From Candidatus Omnitrophota bacterium (GTDB lineage: Bacteria > Omnitrophota > Gorgyraeia > Gorgyraeales > Gorgyraeaceae): 32,000 bases of DNA. Shown here piece after piece: positions 1 to 8,677 of this stretch; position 1 is the first letter of the stretch; every line of letters starts with the position of its first letter. Location: contig JBDRJN010000023.1 in NCBI GenBank assembly GCA_043814965.1, positions 16,615 to 48,614 of the forward strand, written 5' to 3'. The notes below the pieces were generated by a model. It ran no database searches, was not told the DNA's origin, and was given only the letters and a program-made list of their open reading frames with translations. The translations under genes were made by a program, and so were the position numbers.

Positions 1-2
1 AC

Positions 3-317
3 GTAATAAAAGAAATAAGTGTCAAAAATGGGGTTGTTGTATCAGCTGGCGGCGGGGCTATAGTTGATGAAGAAAATCTAACCAATCTCAAGAGATATGG
101 AACGCTTATATGCCTTGAGGCATCCCCGGATACCATATTGTCCAGAATAGGCTCATCAGGTTCAAGGCCTCTTTTAAATGTGCCTGATCCAAAGAATAAA
201 ATAGAAGAGCTATTAAAAAAGAGAAAGGCATTTTATAAAAAATCAGATTTTTTGATCATGACAGATAATTTGACTGTAGATAAAGTAGTTGAAGAGATAA
301 AAAAACTTGTAACTTGA
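3..317 (+). CDS. aroK: shikimate kinase, C-terminal part (5' end lies outside the window)
   Basis: Frame 3 is open from the window edge to TGA at 315-317. The translation VIKEISVKNGVVVSAGGGAIVDEENL...SGSRPLL...KRKAFYKKSDFLI fits the shikimate kinase core. It is not in the ORF track because no start lies in the window. Confidence 0.65.
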   Translation, partial: VIKEISVKNGVVVSAGGGAIVDEENLTNLKRYGTLICLEASPDTILSRIGSSGSRPLLNVPDPKNKIEELLKKRKAFYKKSDFLIMTDNLTVDKVVEEIKKLVT

Positions 318-327
318 CCCTGTATTT

Positions 328-1416
328 ATGAATGACATTGAAAAATTAGTACTACTCAATATGGTGGATGGGCTAGGCAGTATGAGGACCCAAAGTCTTT
401 TAAAACACTTTAAGACATTGGACGATATCTTCGGTGCAAGTGAAAAAGATCTTATGGCAGTGGAGAATATAGGCCGGAAGATAGCTTCCAATATAGTCAA
501 TACTATCAGCCATATAAATGTAGCCAAGGAGATGAAACTTGTAGCAAAACACAATGTGGACATTGTAACTTTTTTAGATGAGAACTATCCAAAGAACCTT
601 AAAAATATATATGACCCGCCGATTGTTTTATATGTAAAAGGCAAGATCACCCCAGACGACAATGTTGCGATAGCAGTGGTGGGCTCTCGTCAACCGTCGC
701 TCTACGGGCTTAAACAAGCTGAGAAGATCTCTTTTGAATTGTCTTCGAGAGGTATAACCATAGTATCAGGTTTGGCAAGAGGCATAGATTCCAGCGCGCA
801 TAGAGGGGTTCTAAGAGCAAAAGGGAGGACCATCGCTGTGCTAGGTTCAGGCATTTTAAATATATACCCAGAAGAACACAAGAGCCTGTCAGAGGAGGTC
901 TCTGGTAACGGCGCATTGATATCTGAATTCCCGATGGAGACTTATCCTCAGGGAGGGAATTTTCCCAGGAGAAACAGGATCATAAGCGGGCTTTCTCTGG
1001 GTGTGGTAGTGGTTGAGGCAGCTCTGAGGAGCGGGGCGCTCATAACGAGTGACATGGCATTGGAACAAGGAAGAGAGGTCTTTGCAGTCCCCGGCAAAGT
1101 GGACTCCATGACCTCATTGGGCACTAATAAATTGATAAAAGAAGGCGCAAAACTGGTCAGTTCAATAGAGGATATACTGCAGGAGCTTAAGTTGGATATA
1201 AAGGGCAGCATAAAAGACGGACCTAATAATAATCCATCAAGATTGGACAAATCCGAGAGTTTGGTATATACTTTATTATCCAGTGAGCCAAAACATATAG
1301 ATGAGATATTAAAGGAAGCTAATATAGCTTACAAGGAGATATCTAGTGTTTTGATGTCTCTACAGATAAAACATATGATAAAAGAGCTTCCTGGAAAGAA
1401 CTTCGTAAGCATATAA
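328..1416 (+). CDS. dprA: DNA-processing protein DprA (Smf)
   Basis: 362-aa ORF with DprA core motifs VVGSRQPSLYG, GLARGIDSSAHRGVL, FPRRNRIISGLS and VVEAALRSGALITS. It sits in the common dprA-topA-xerC arrangement. Confidence 0.9.
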   Translation: MNDIEKLVLLNMVDGLGSMRTQSLLKHFKTLDDIFGASEKDLMAVENIGRKIASNIVNTISHINVAKEMKLVAKHNVDIVTFLDENYPKNLKNIYDPPIVLYVKGKITPDDNVAIAVVGSRQPSLYGLKQAEKISFELSSRGITIVSGLARGIDSSAHRGVLRAKGRTIAVLGSGILNIYPEEHKSLSEEVSGNGALISEFPMETYPQGGNFPRRNRIISGLSLGVVVVEAALRSGALITSDMALEQGREVFAVPGKVDSMTSLGTNKLIKEGAKLVSSIEDILQELKLDIKGSIKDGPNNNPSRLDKSESLVYTLLSSEPKHIDEILKEANIAYKEISSVLMSLQIKHMIKELPGKNFVSI

Positions 1417-1429
1417 AAGAGCGGGGACA

Positions 1430-3409
1430 ATGAAAAAATCATTAGTAATAGTTGAGTCGCCGGCCAAGGCAAGCACCATCAATAAGATCTTGGGCAAGGA
1501 TTTTGTAGTATGTTCTTCCATGGGGCATATCATGGATCTACCAAGGTCTAAGATGGGCATTGAGATAGAAGATGATTTTAAGACTGATTTTCTTGTGATA
1601 CCTGGCAAGAAAAAGATGGTAAGCCTATTAAAGAAAGAGGCAAAGGCCAAGGATAAGATATTCCTTGCTACTGACCCTGACAGGGAAGGAGAAGCTATCA
1701 GCTGGCATCTATATAATCTATTGGGCAAAAAAGACAATATATACCGCATCGCATTTCACGAGATCACGAAGGATGCTATCAAAGAGGCTTTAAAAAATCC
1801 CGGGTCTATAGACATCAACAAGGTCGAGGCGCAGCAGGCAAGGAGGATATTAGATAGGCTTGTCGGGTATAGCATCAGCCCGCTTTTATGGAGAAAAGTA
1901 GGCAGAGGGCTTTCAGCGGGAAGGGTGCAGTCAGTAGCTGTAAGGATGATAGTGGAAAGGGAAAGCGAGATAAGGGTTTTTATTGCAAAGGAGTATTGGG
2001 AGATAGAGGCCCATCTGACAAAGTACGATACCAAAGAGAGCTTTACAGCAAAGCTTGATAAGGTCGATGATAAGAAAGTAGATATAATCAGCGGTACTGA
2101 TGCCAATAAGCTGGTAGAAGAACTGCAAAAAAGTAAATTTGTAGTCTCAGATGTACAAAAGAAGGAAAAAAAGAAATATGCCCAGGCGCCTTTTACTACC
2201 TCAAAGCTTCAGCAGGAGGCATTTTATAAATTAAGATTTCCTGCTTCAAAGACTATGAGTATTGCTCAACAGCTCTATGAGGGCCTAGATATAGGAGAAG
2301 AAGGCAACGTAGGCCTTATCACATACATGAGGACTGATTCTGTGAATATATCGAAACAATCCCAGGAAGCGGCAAGAAAATATATACTTAATAAATATGG
2401 CAAGGAGTATCTTCCTGAGTCTCCTAATAAATTTAAGTCAAAAAAGAGCGCCCAGGAAGCTCATGAAGCAATAAGGCCTGCTTTGGAATTGAGAGAGCCT
2501 GAGAGTATAAAACAATATCTGACACTGGACCAGTACAAGCTTTATAGCCTTATCTGGAATAGATTTCTATCAAGCCAGATGACGCCCTCGGTTTATTCTG
2601 TTGTAGCTATTGACATAAAAGCAGGAAGGGCTATTTTTAGGGCTCAGGGTTCACAAAAGATATTTTCAGGGTTTAGTATTGTCTATGAAGAAGGTGAAGA
2701 GGGCCAGCAAAATGAATCTGAAAAGATATTACCTCTTTTATCTATAGATGAGGAGCTTTTGCTTGATAAGCTGGACCCCAGTCAGCATTTTACAAAACCG
2801 CCTGCAAGATTTTCCGAGGCCAGCCTGGTGAAAGCGCTTGAAGAATATGGAATAGGCAGGCCTTCTACATACGCGCCTATTATATATACTATAGTAGCGC
2901 GTAATTATGTAAGGAGAAAAGAGGGCTATTTTTATCCGACTGAGCTCGGCATAGTAGTCACGGATCTCTTGATGAAGAGCTTTGGCAATGTCTTTGACCT
3001 GGAATTTACAGCCAAGATGGAAGAAGAGTTGGATGAGATAGAAGAGGGCAAGAAAGAGAAGCTTGAGGTATTAAAGGAGTTCTATGGCCCATTTGAAAAG
3101 GACCTTCAGCATGCCAAGGTAAATATGAGAAAGGTAAAGGGAGAGGCAGTCGCTACCAGCGAAGTCTGTGAAAAATGCGGAAAGCCTATGGTAATAAAAT
3201 GGGGAAGGCTCGGGAGATTTTTGAGCTGTTCTGATTTTCCGAATTGCAGGTTTGCCAAACCTATCCCTACTGGGATCAAGTGTCCTGAGGAAAATTGCGA
3301 CGGTATGCTTATAGAAAGGCGTTCCAAGAGAGGGCGCCATTTTTACGGATGCAGTAATTATCCTAACTGTAGACATATTTCAAAGAGATTGCCTTCCCAA
3401 AAAGATTGA
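1430..3409 (+). CDS. topA: DNA topoisomerase I
   Basis: 659-aa ORF. The TOPRIM N-terminus reads KSLVIVESPAKA...DPDREGEAISWH, and the catalytic Tyr region reads GLITYMRTDS. There are two C-terminal zinc ribbons (CEKCGKP...CSDFPNC and CPEENCDG...CSNYPNC). Confidence 0.95.
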   Translation: MKKSLVIVESPAKASTINKILGKDFVVCSSMGHIMDLPRSKMGIEIEDDFKTDFLVIPGKKKMVSLLKKEAKAKDKIFLATDPDREGEAISWHLYNLLGKKDNIYRIAFHEITKDAIKEALKNPGSIDINKVEAQQARRILDRLVGYSISPLLWRKVGRGLSAGRVQSVAVRMIVERESEIRVFIAKEYWEIEAHLTKYDTKESFTAKLDKVDDKKVDIISGTDANKLVEELQKSKFVVSDVQKKEKKKYAQAPFTTSKLQQEAFYKLRFPASKTMSIAQQLYEGLDIGEEGNVGLITYMRTDSVNISKQSQEAARKYILNKYGKEYLPESPNKFKSKKSAQEAHEAIRPALELREPESIKQYLTLDQYKLYSLIWNRFLSSQMTPSVYSVVAIDIKAGRAIFRAQGSQKIFSGFSIVYEEGEEGQQNESEKILPLLSIDEELLLDKLDPSQHFTKPPARFSEASLVKALEEYGIGRPSTYAPIIYTIVARNYVRRKEGYFYPTELGIVVTDLLMKSFGNVFDLEFTAKMEEELDEIEEGKKEKLEVLKEFYGPFEKDLQHAKVNMRKVKGEAVATSEVCEKCGKPMVIKWGRLGRFLSCSDFPNCRFAKPIPTGIKCPEENCDGMLIERRSKRGRHFYGCSNYPNCRHISKRLPSQKD

Positions 3410-3421
3410 TCCTGGCTAGAT

Positions 3422-4297
3422 ATGATAGATCGCTTTATACAAAAATTTATAGTCTATCTTAAGATAGAGAAAAACGCGTCAGAGCATACTATTATTAACT
3501 ATCAGATAGACCTGAAAGATTTCAATGGTATCCTCAAAGACAAGCCGCTTGAGAAAATAAATCATATAGACGTAAGGCTTTTCTTGGCCAAGATGAAAGA
3601 AAGGGACTTTTCAAAAAGGACTATAGCAAGGAAGATGTCCTCCCTGAAGAGTTTTTTTAGATTTTTATGCAGGGAAGGTTACATAGCTACAAACCCGGCA
3701 TCGATGCTCCAGACCCCGAAGTTAGAAAGAAAACTGCCCCTATTCTTAGATACAGACCAGGCTGTAAAACTTGTAGAGTCGCCTGATCTATCTGATGTAT
3801 ATGGCCTTAGGGATAGGGCAATACTCGAGACACTTTATTCTACTGGGATAAGAGTTGGTGAGCTGGTAAGGCTCGACAAGGAACACATCGACTTTATAGG
3901 CGGAGTCATCAAGGTATATGGTAAGGGCAAGAAAGAGCGCCTTGCTCCTATAGGCGATAGGGCCTTGAGAGTGATAAAGGATTATATAGAGACAAGAGAA
4001 GTGAATGCTGTAAAACAAAATAAAGCTGTATTTTTGAATAAAAGCAATAGGCGTATGAGTGACAGGGCCATAAGAAGGGTCGTGGAAAAATATATACGAA
4101 AGACCAGCCTGAACGAAAAGATATCGCCTCATAGCCTGAGGCATTCTTTTGCTACGCACCTTTTGAATAGAGGAGCAGACCTTAGAAGCGTGCAGGAACT
4201 TTTAGGCCATGAAAACCTTTCAACGACTCAGATATATACGCATGTTACGACTGAAAGATTGAAGTCTATTTACGATAAGGTGCATCCCAGGGCATAA
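3422..4297 (+). CDS. xerC: tyrosine site-specific recombinase, XerC/XerD type
   Basis: 291-aa ORF with an N-terminal SAM-like domain and catalytic signature residues: TGIRVGELVRL (Arg), HSLRHSFATHLL (His-x-x-Arg) and LGHENLSTTQIYTHV (His, Tyr). Confidence 0.85.
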   Translation: MIDRFIQKFIVYLKIEKNASEHTIINYQIDLKDFNGILKDKPLEKINHIDVRLFLAKMKERDFSKRTIARKMSSLKSFFRFLCREGYIATNPASMLQTPKLERKLPLFLDTDQAVKLVESPDLSDVYGLRDRAILETLYSTGIRVGELVRLDKEHIDFIGGVIKVYGKGKKERLAPIGDRALRVIKDYIETREVNAVKQNKAVFLNKSNRRMSDRAIRRVVEKYIRKTSLNEKISPHSLRHSFATHLLNRGADLRSVQELLGHENLSTTQIYTHVTTERLKSIYDKVHPRA

Positions 4298-4304
4298 ATA
4301 AAAT

Positions 4305-4397
4305 TTAAAAATCAAAATGTAAAATGCAAAATTACAGATCAAAATTCAAAAATTGTAAAATTAACCACGGATTTTAATATGTCATTTTGATTTTTAA
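4305..4397. repeat. 15-bp perfect inverted repeat with a 63-bp spacer, in the AT-rich xerC-queC intergenic region
   Basis: ttaaaaatcaaaatg (4305-4319) is the exact reverse complement of cattttgatttttaa (4383-4397). The spacer contains phased aaaat/aaaatt tracts. Confidence 0.5.
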
Positions 4398-4433
4398 TTT
4401 TTGATATTCGATTTAAGGTAAAAGGTTTTATAG

Positions 4434-5075
4434 ATGCAGAAAAAAGCAGTGGTATTATTATCCGGCGGCATGGATTCAGCAGTATGCTTATATCTTGCCA
4501 AGAAGAAAGGCTACGAAACGCATTGCCTTATATTTGATTATGGACAGCGCCATAAAAAAGAAGTGAATTTTGCAAAGAGATTAGCAAGGCTTACAGGGTC
4601 TAATTATCATGTATTGGATATAAGATTGCCGTGGAAGAATAGCGCGCTTCTTGATATGTCCATAAGAGTGCCTGAATATAAAAAGCTCAAGCCCAAAGAA
4701 AGATCTACGCCGTCTACTTATGTCACTGGAAGGAACACCGTATTTGTCAGCTTTGCTCTGTCTTTTGCTGAGGCTATCGGAGCAGGGCGGATATTTATAG
4801 GCGCGAATGCAATAGACTTTTCAGGATATCCTGATTGCAGGCCGGTATATTTTAAGAAGTTCAATAGCCTTTTAGTAAGCGCTGCCGATAGAAGCAGTAT
4901 AAAAATAGAAACACCTCTTTTATATAAGACAAAAAAAGGTATCGTAAGCCTTGGTAAAAGATTGGGTGTGCCTTTTAAACTTACATGGTCTTGTTATAAA
5001 GGAGGAAAAGCCCCGTGCATGAAGTGCGATGCATGCAGGCTTAGGCATAAGGGTTTTAGTGATGATGAAAGCTAA
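4434..5075 (+). CDS. queC: 7-cyano-7-deazaguanine synthase
   Basis: 213-aa ORF with a PP-loop N-terminus (AVVLLSGGMDSAV) and the C-terminal Cys cluster SCYKGGKAPCMKCDACRLR typical of QueC. Confidence 0.9.
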   Translation: MQKKAVVLLSGGMDSAVCLYLAKKKGYETHCLIFDYGQRHKKEVNFAKRLARLTGSNYHVLDIRLPWKNSALLDMSIRVPEYKKLKPKERSTPSTYVTGRNTVFVSFALSFAEAIGAGRIFIGANAIDFSGYPDCRPVYFKKFNSLLVSAADRSSIKIETPLLYKTKKGIVSLGKRLGVPFKLTWSCYKGGKAPCMKCDACRLRHKGFSDDES

Positions 5076-5733
5076 GATAACAGAGATATTCAGTTCTATA
5101 CAGGGCGAAGGGCCTTATGCAGGAGAAGAACAGCTTTTTATAAGGTTTTTTGGATGCGATCTTGAATGTAGTTTTTGCGATGAAAAAAGCAATGGATATT
5201 TTAAGGAATATAGCCTTAAAGAGGTGATAGACAAAGTCATCAAAGCTGCAAAGGATACTGTCTCGCTTACAGGAGGAGAGCCGCTAGTGCAGTGCGATTT
5301 TTTAAGAGATCTGGCAAGGGCCCTAAAGACAAAGGGTTTCAGGATCTACCTCGAGACGAACGGCGTCTTATATGATGAGCTCAGTAAGGTAATAGATCTT
5401 ATTGATATTGTATCAATGGATATAAAACTTCCTTCGTCGACATTGTCCGAGGGTCACTGGCAAGACCACGGACTATTCTTAAAAGAGGCTATAAAAAAAG
5501 AGCTTTTTGTCAAAGCAGTCATTACGCAGGATACAAAGAAAGAAGATGTCATAAAGGCATGTTCACTGGTCAAAGATATTGATAAAAAAATACCTTTTAT
5601 TCTCCAGCCAGTAAGTTACAATAATAGCATAGCTAAGATATCGTCTTTGGATGAATTTTTAAATATAGCAAAGTCGTATCTAAGCGATGTAAGGGTTATT
5701 CCGCAGATCCATAAAATATTGGGGGTCAGGTGA
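5062..5733 (+). CDS. queE: 7-carboxy-7-deazaguanine synthase (radical SAM)
   Basis: The translation starts MMKAKITEIFSSIQGEGPYAGEEQLFIRFFGCDLECSFCDEK (QueE N-terminus with CxxxCxxC). I start at ATG 5062/5065 rather than the track's 5029, which lies inside queC. It overlaps the queC stop. Confidence 0.85.
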   Translation: MMKAKITEIFSSIQGEGPYAGEEQLFIRFFGCDLECSFCDEKSNGYFKEYSLKEVIDKVIKAAKDTVSLTGGEPLVQCDFLRDLARALKTKGFRIYLETNGVLYDELSKVIDLIDIVSMDIKLPSSTLSEGHWQDHGLFLKEAIKKELFVKAVITQDTKKEDVIKACSLVKDIDKKIPFILQPVSYNNSIAKISSLDEFLNIAKSYLSDVRVIPQIHKILGVR

Positions 5734-6575
5734 TGCGAAAAATATCTTCAGATATCATAAGAGATTCTGTAAAAAGGCTTTGCCTCAAGGCAAATATTGA
5801 GTTAAGAAAAGATGTCCTGGATGCTATAAAAGCCTTAAAGAAAAAAGAAAGTTCTTTAAAGGTAAAAAGGGCATTGGATATGATCATCCAAAATGCTGAG
5901 ATAGCAAAGAAAAAGAGGCTGCCTATATGCCAGGATACAGGTATGGTAGTCGTGTATCTAGCGATAGGGCAAAAGCTGGTCATAGAAGGAGATATCGTAA
6001 AAGCAGTATCTAAAGGAGTAAAAGAGGCGTACATAGAGGGATACTTTAGAAAATCCATAGTAAACGACCCTTTTTTACGTAAAAATACCAATACGAATCT
6101 TCCGCCGCTTATCTATACCAGCATTATCCCGGGGAATAGACTTAATATAAGGGTAGGCATCAAGGGATTTGGGTGCGAGAACGCGAGTTTTACAAAGATG
6201 TTTAGACCCACTGATCCAATAAAAAAGATAGAAGATTTTATCCTGGAAAATATAAATAACATCAAGTCAAGGGCATGTCCTCCGATGTATATAGGTATTG
6301 GAATAGGAGGCACTCTTACAAAAGCAGTGAGTATGTCTAAAGAAGCGATCTTTAGAAAAGTAGGGACATATAGCAAGATCCGGCATATCAGGACATTAGA
6401 AAAGAGCTTGTTCAAAAAAATAAATGATTTAAAAATAGGGCCTATGGGGTTAAAAAGTAAGAATAGCGCTGTCTTTGGCGTAAGTGTATTGACATATCCT
6501 ACGCACATAGCAGGCCTTCCAGTAGCAGTAAATGTCAGCTGTCATGCTACCAGGGATGCAGGAGAGATATTATGA
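5733..6575 (+). CDS. class I Fe-S hydro-lyase alpha subunit (fumarate hydratase / L(+)-tartrate dehydratase family)
   Basis: About 280 aa. It carries the LPICQDTGMVVVYL motif and the later GIGIGG and CHATRD segments typical of the alpha subunit or N-terminal domain of class I fumarases. The ATG overlaps the queE stop (tgATG). Confidence 0.85.
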   Translation: MRKISSDIIRDSVKRLCLKANIELRKDVLDAIKALKKKESSLKVKRALDMIIQNAEIAKKKRLPICQDTGMVVVYLAIGQKLVIEGDIVKAVSKGVKEAYIEGYFRKSIVNDPFLRKNTNTNLPPLIYTSIIPGNRLNIRVGIKGFGCENASFTKMFRPTDPIKKIEDFILENINNIKSRACPPMYIGIGIGGTLTKAVSMSKEAIFRKVGTYSKIRHIRTLEKSLFKKINDLKIGPMGLKSKNSAVFGVSVLTYPTHIAGLPVAVNVSCHATRDAGEIL

Positions 6576-7069
6576 AGAGTTTAAATTTACCATTAAATAA
6601 AGAGGCAATAAAAAGATTAAGGCCAGGAGAAGAGATACTTTTAAATGGAAGCCTATTGACTGCGCGTGATGCAGCGCATAAGAGGCTTTGCGATGCTATT
6701 AAACTGTGTAAAAAACTGCCCATAGATCTGAAGGATGAGACTATATATTATGCAGGCCCGACCCCTCAAAGAAAAGGACAGGTAATAGGTTCTTGCGGCC
6801 CTACCACAAGTTCCAGGATGGACCCTTTCGTAGGTCCGCTAGTCAGGAACGGTGTGCTGGGGATGGTCGGAAAAGGCGAGAGGTCAAAAGAAGTAAATAG
6901 CCTGATAAAAAAATATGGCGTAGTGTATTTTGTGACAGTTGGAGGGGCTGGGGCATATCTAAGCGAGAAGATAGTATCCAGTTCTATAGTGGCGTATAAG
7001 GATCTGGGGACAGAGGCCATAAGAAGAATAGTCGTAAAGGATTTTCCAGCCATCGTATCTATTAAATAG
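6572..7069 (+). CDS. class I Fe-S hydro-lyase beta subunit
   Basis: 165 aa. The segments LLNGSLLTARDAAHKRL, YYAGPTP, GPTTSSRMD and GMVGKGER fit the beta subunit or C-terminal domain. There is a 4-nt overlap with the alpha subunit gene. Confidence 0.85.
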   Translation: MKSLNLPLNKEAIKRLRPGEEILLNGSLLTARDAAHKRLCDAIKLCKKLPIDLKDETIYYAGPTPQRKGQVIGSCGPTTSSRMDPFVGPLVRNGVLGMVGKGERSKEVNSLIKKYGVVYFVTVGGAGAYLSEKIVSSSIVAYKDLGTEAIRRIVVKDFPAIVSIK

Positions 7070-7080
7070 AGTTATCCACA

Positions 7081-7110
7081 TTGTAGGGGACCCTTAAGGG
7101 TCCCCTACAA
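7081..7110 (+). terminator. 30-bp perfect palindrome downstream of the hydro-lyase operon
   Basis: ttgtaggggacccttaagggtcccctacaa is self-complementary over all 30 nt and GC-rich in the centre. It is followed by T-rich sequence and lies 11 nt after the stop codon. Confidence 0.6.
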
Positions 7111-7164
7111 TTATAATTTACGATTATAATCACGATTTACAATTAAATAATACTGGAGGAAGAG

Positions 7165-7890
7165 ATGAGAAAAGACGGACGAAAGCTGGACGAGATAAGA
7201 AGATTGAAGATAAAAAGAAATGTCATGAAGTTTGCAGAAGGCTCGTGCATCATAGAATTAGGCGATACAAAGGTCATGTGCAGCGCTTCTATAGAAGAAA
7301 AGGTGCCTATGTTCTTAAGAGGTGCTGGTTCTGGATGGGTGACAGCAGAATATGGGATGCTGCCAAGGTCGTGCAATAGCAGGATCCCCAGAGAATCCTC
7401 CAGGGGAAAACAGAGCGGACGTACGCAGGAGATACAGCGCCTCATAGGAAGGAGCCTTCGTTCAGTAGTGGAATTGAACAGATTAGGCGAAAGGACAGTG
7501 TGGATCGATTGTGATGTATTACAGGGCGATGGCGGGACCCGTACAGCAAGTATTACCGGAAGTTTTATAGCCTTATTGGATGCTTTATTGGTCTTGAATA
7601 AAAAGGGCCTTATAGAAAAAGTACCTATCAAAGATTATATAGCTGCCATAAGCGTAGGTATTATAGATAATGAATTATGCCTTGACCTTAACTATGAGGA
7701 AGATTCAAAGGCGCAGGTTGATATGAATGTTGTAATGTCTGGTAAGGGAAAGATAATAGAGATACAGGGTACCGCAGAGAAAGACCCTTTTACAAAAAAG
7801 GAATTAGATAACATGATCGACCTATCCATGCTTGGTATAAAAAGGCTTATTGCTGAGCAAAAAAAGCTTATTTCTCCAAAAAATCTATAG
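7165..7890 (+). CDS. rph: ribonuclease PH
   Basis: 241 aa. The segments [43 protein letters not shown] and [17 protein letters not shown] match RNase PH closely. Confidence 0.95.
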   Translation: MRKDGRKLDEIRRLKIKRNVMKFAEGSCIIELGDTKVMCSASIEEKVPMFLRGAGSGWVTAEYGMLPRSCNSRIPRESSRGKQSGRTQEIQRLIGRSLRSVVELNRLGERTVWIDCDVLQGDGGTRTASITGSFIALLDALLVLNKKGLIEKVPIKDYIAAISVGIIDNELCLDLNYEEDSKAQVDMNVVMSGKGKIIEIQGTAEKDPFTKKELDNMIDLSMLGIKRLIAEQKKLISPKNL

Positions 7891-8490
7891 ATGAGACTAA
7901 TAGTAGCTACTAGAAATAAAGATAAATTAAAAGAGATAAAGGCGTTATTGAAAGGAATTCCTTTAGATGTGGTGTCTTTAGGGAGTTTCAGCGGTGTGCC
8001 CGAAGTAATAGAGGATGGAAAGACCCTGGAGGCCAATGCTACAAAAAAGGCAAAAGAAACCAGCAGCTTTTTGAATACATTGGTTATAGCAGATGATTCT
8101 GGCCTTGAAGTCAGGCACCTTGGAAATCAGCCTGGAGTGTATTCAGCTCGCTTTTCAGGCAAGGACGCCACTTATACCAGCAATAACAAAAAATTATTAG
8201 ATATGCTTGAGGGTGTGAGCGTATCCAAGAGAAAAGCCAGGTTCAGATGCTGCATAGCTATAGCCGATAAGGGCAAGATAATAAAGGTAGTCGAGGGAAA
8301 GGTCATAGGGAAGATCGTCTATAAGCCTAAAGGAAGGTCAGGCTTTGGATATGACCCAGTTTTTATACCGGATGGATATAAAAAGACCTATGCCGAGTTA
8401 GGCATAAAAGAGAAGAACAAGATAAGCCATAGAGGCAAAGCTCTCCTAAAGGTAAAAAAGGCTTTAATGGAATACCTTTCTCGCTGTTGA
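7891..8490 (+). CDS. rdgB: non-canonical purine NTP pyrophosphatase (RdgB/HAM1 family)
   Basis: 199 aa. The segments MRLIVATRNKDKLKEI, ADDSGLEV, PGVYSARF, GFGYDPVF and ISHRGKAL fit the family. It shows the conserved rph-rdgB adjacency. Confidence 0.9.
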   Translation: MRLIVATRNKDKLKEIKALLKGIPLDVVSLGSFSGVPEVIEDGKTLEANATKKAKETSSFLNTLVIADDSGLEVRHLGNQPGVYSARFSGKDATYTSNNKKLLDMLEGVSVSKRKARFRCCIAIADKGKIIKVVEGKVIGKIVYKPKGRSGFGYDPVFIPDGYKKTYAELGIKEKNKISHRGKALLKVKKALMEYLSRC

Positions 8491-8515
8491 CTTTCATAAA
8501 GAATATTGGTACAAT
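8487..8515 (+). promoter_or_regulatory. sigma70-like promoter upstream of tRNA-Pro
   Basis: TTGACT (8487-8492), a 17-nt spacer, then TACAAT (8510-8515), about 33 nt upstream of the tRNA 5' end. Pattern match only. Confidence 0.35.
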
Positions 8516-8547
8516 TATAAGATTATTATATAGTATATAATTAGGTA

Positions 8548-8625
8548 CGGGGCGTGGCTCAGTTTGGCTAGAGCATCTGCTTTGGGAGCAGAGGGCCGCA
8601 GGTTCGAGTCCTGCCGCCCCGACCA
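8548..8625 (+). tRNA. tRNA-Pro (anticodon TGG)
   Basis: Hand-folded cloverleaf: acceptor CGGGGCG/CGCCCCG, D stem GCTC/GAGC, anticodon stem TCTGC/GCAGA with loop TTTGGGA, T arm GCAGG-TTCGAGT-CCTGC. The CCA end is encoded. Confidence 0.9.
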
Positions 8626-8677
8626 ATATTATTAGTAGTAGCATTAATATATAAACAATATAAGAGGAATTGATTAT

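Noticed and set aside
4298-4433. A preQ1 riboswitch upstream of queC.
   Set aside because: I could not find the conserved P1 hairpin plus the A-rich tail and anti-SD arrangement of any preQ1 class. Only a generic inverted repeat is visible.
4434-5733. queC-queE without queD or queF, as a sign of an incomplete or unusual queuosine pathway.
   Set aside because: The missing genes are commonly encoded elsewhere in the genome. Absence from a 32-kb window is not informative.
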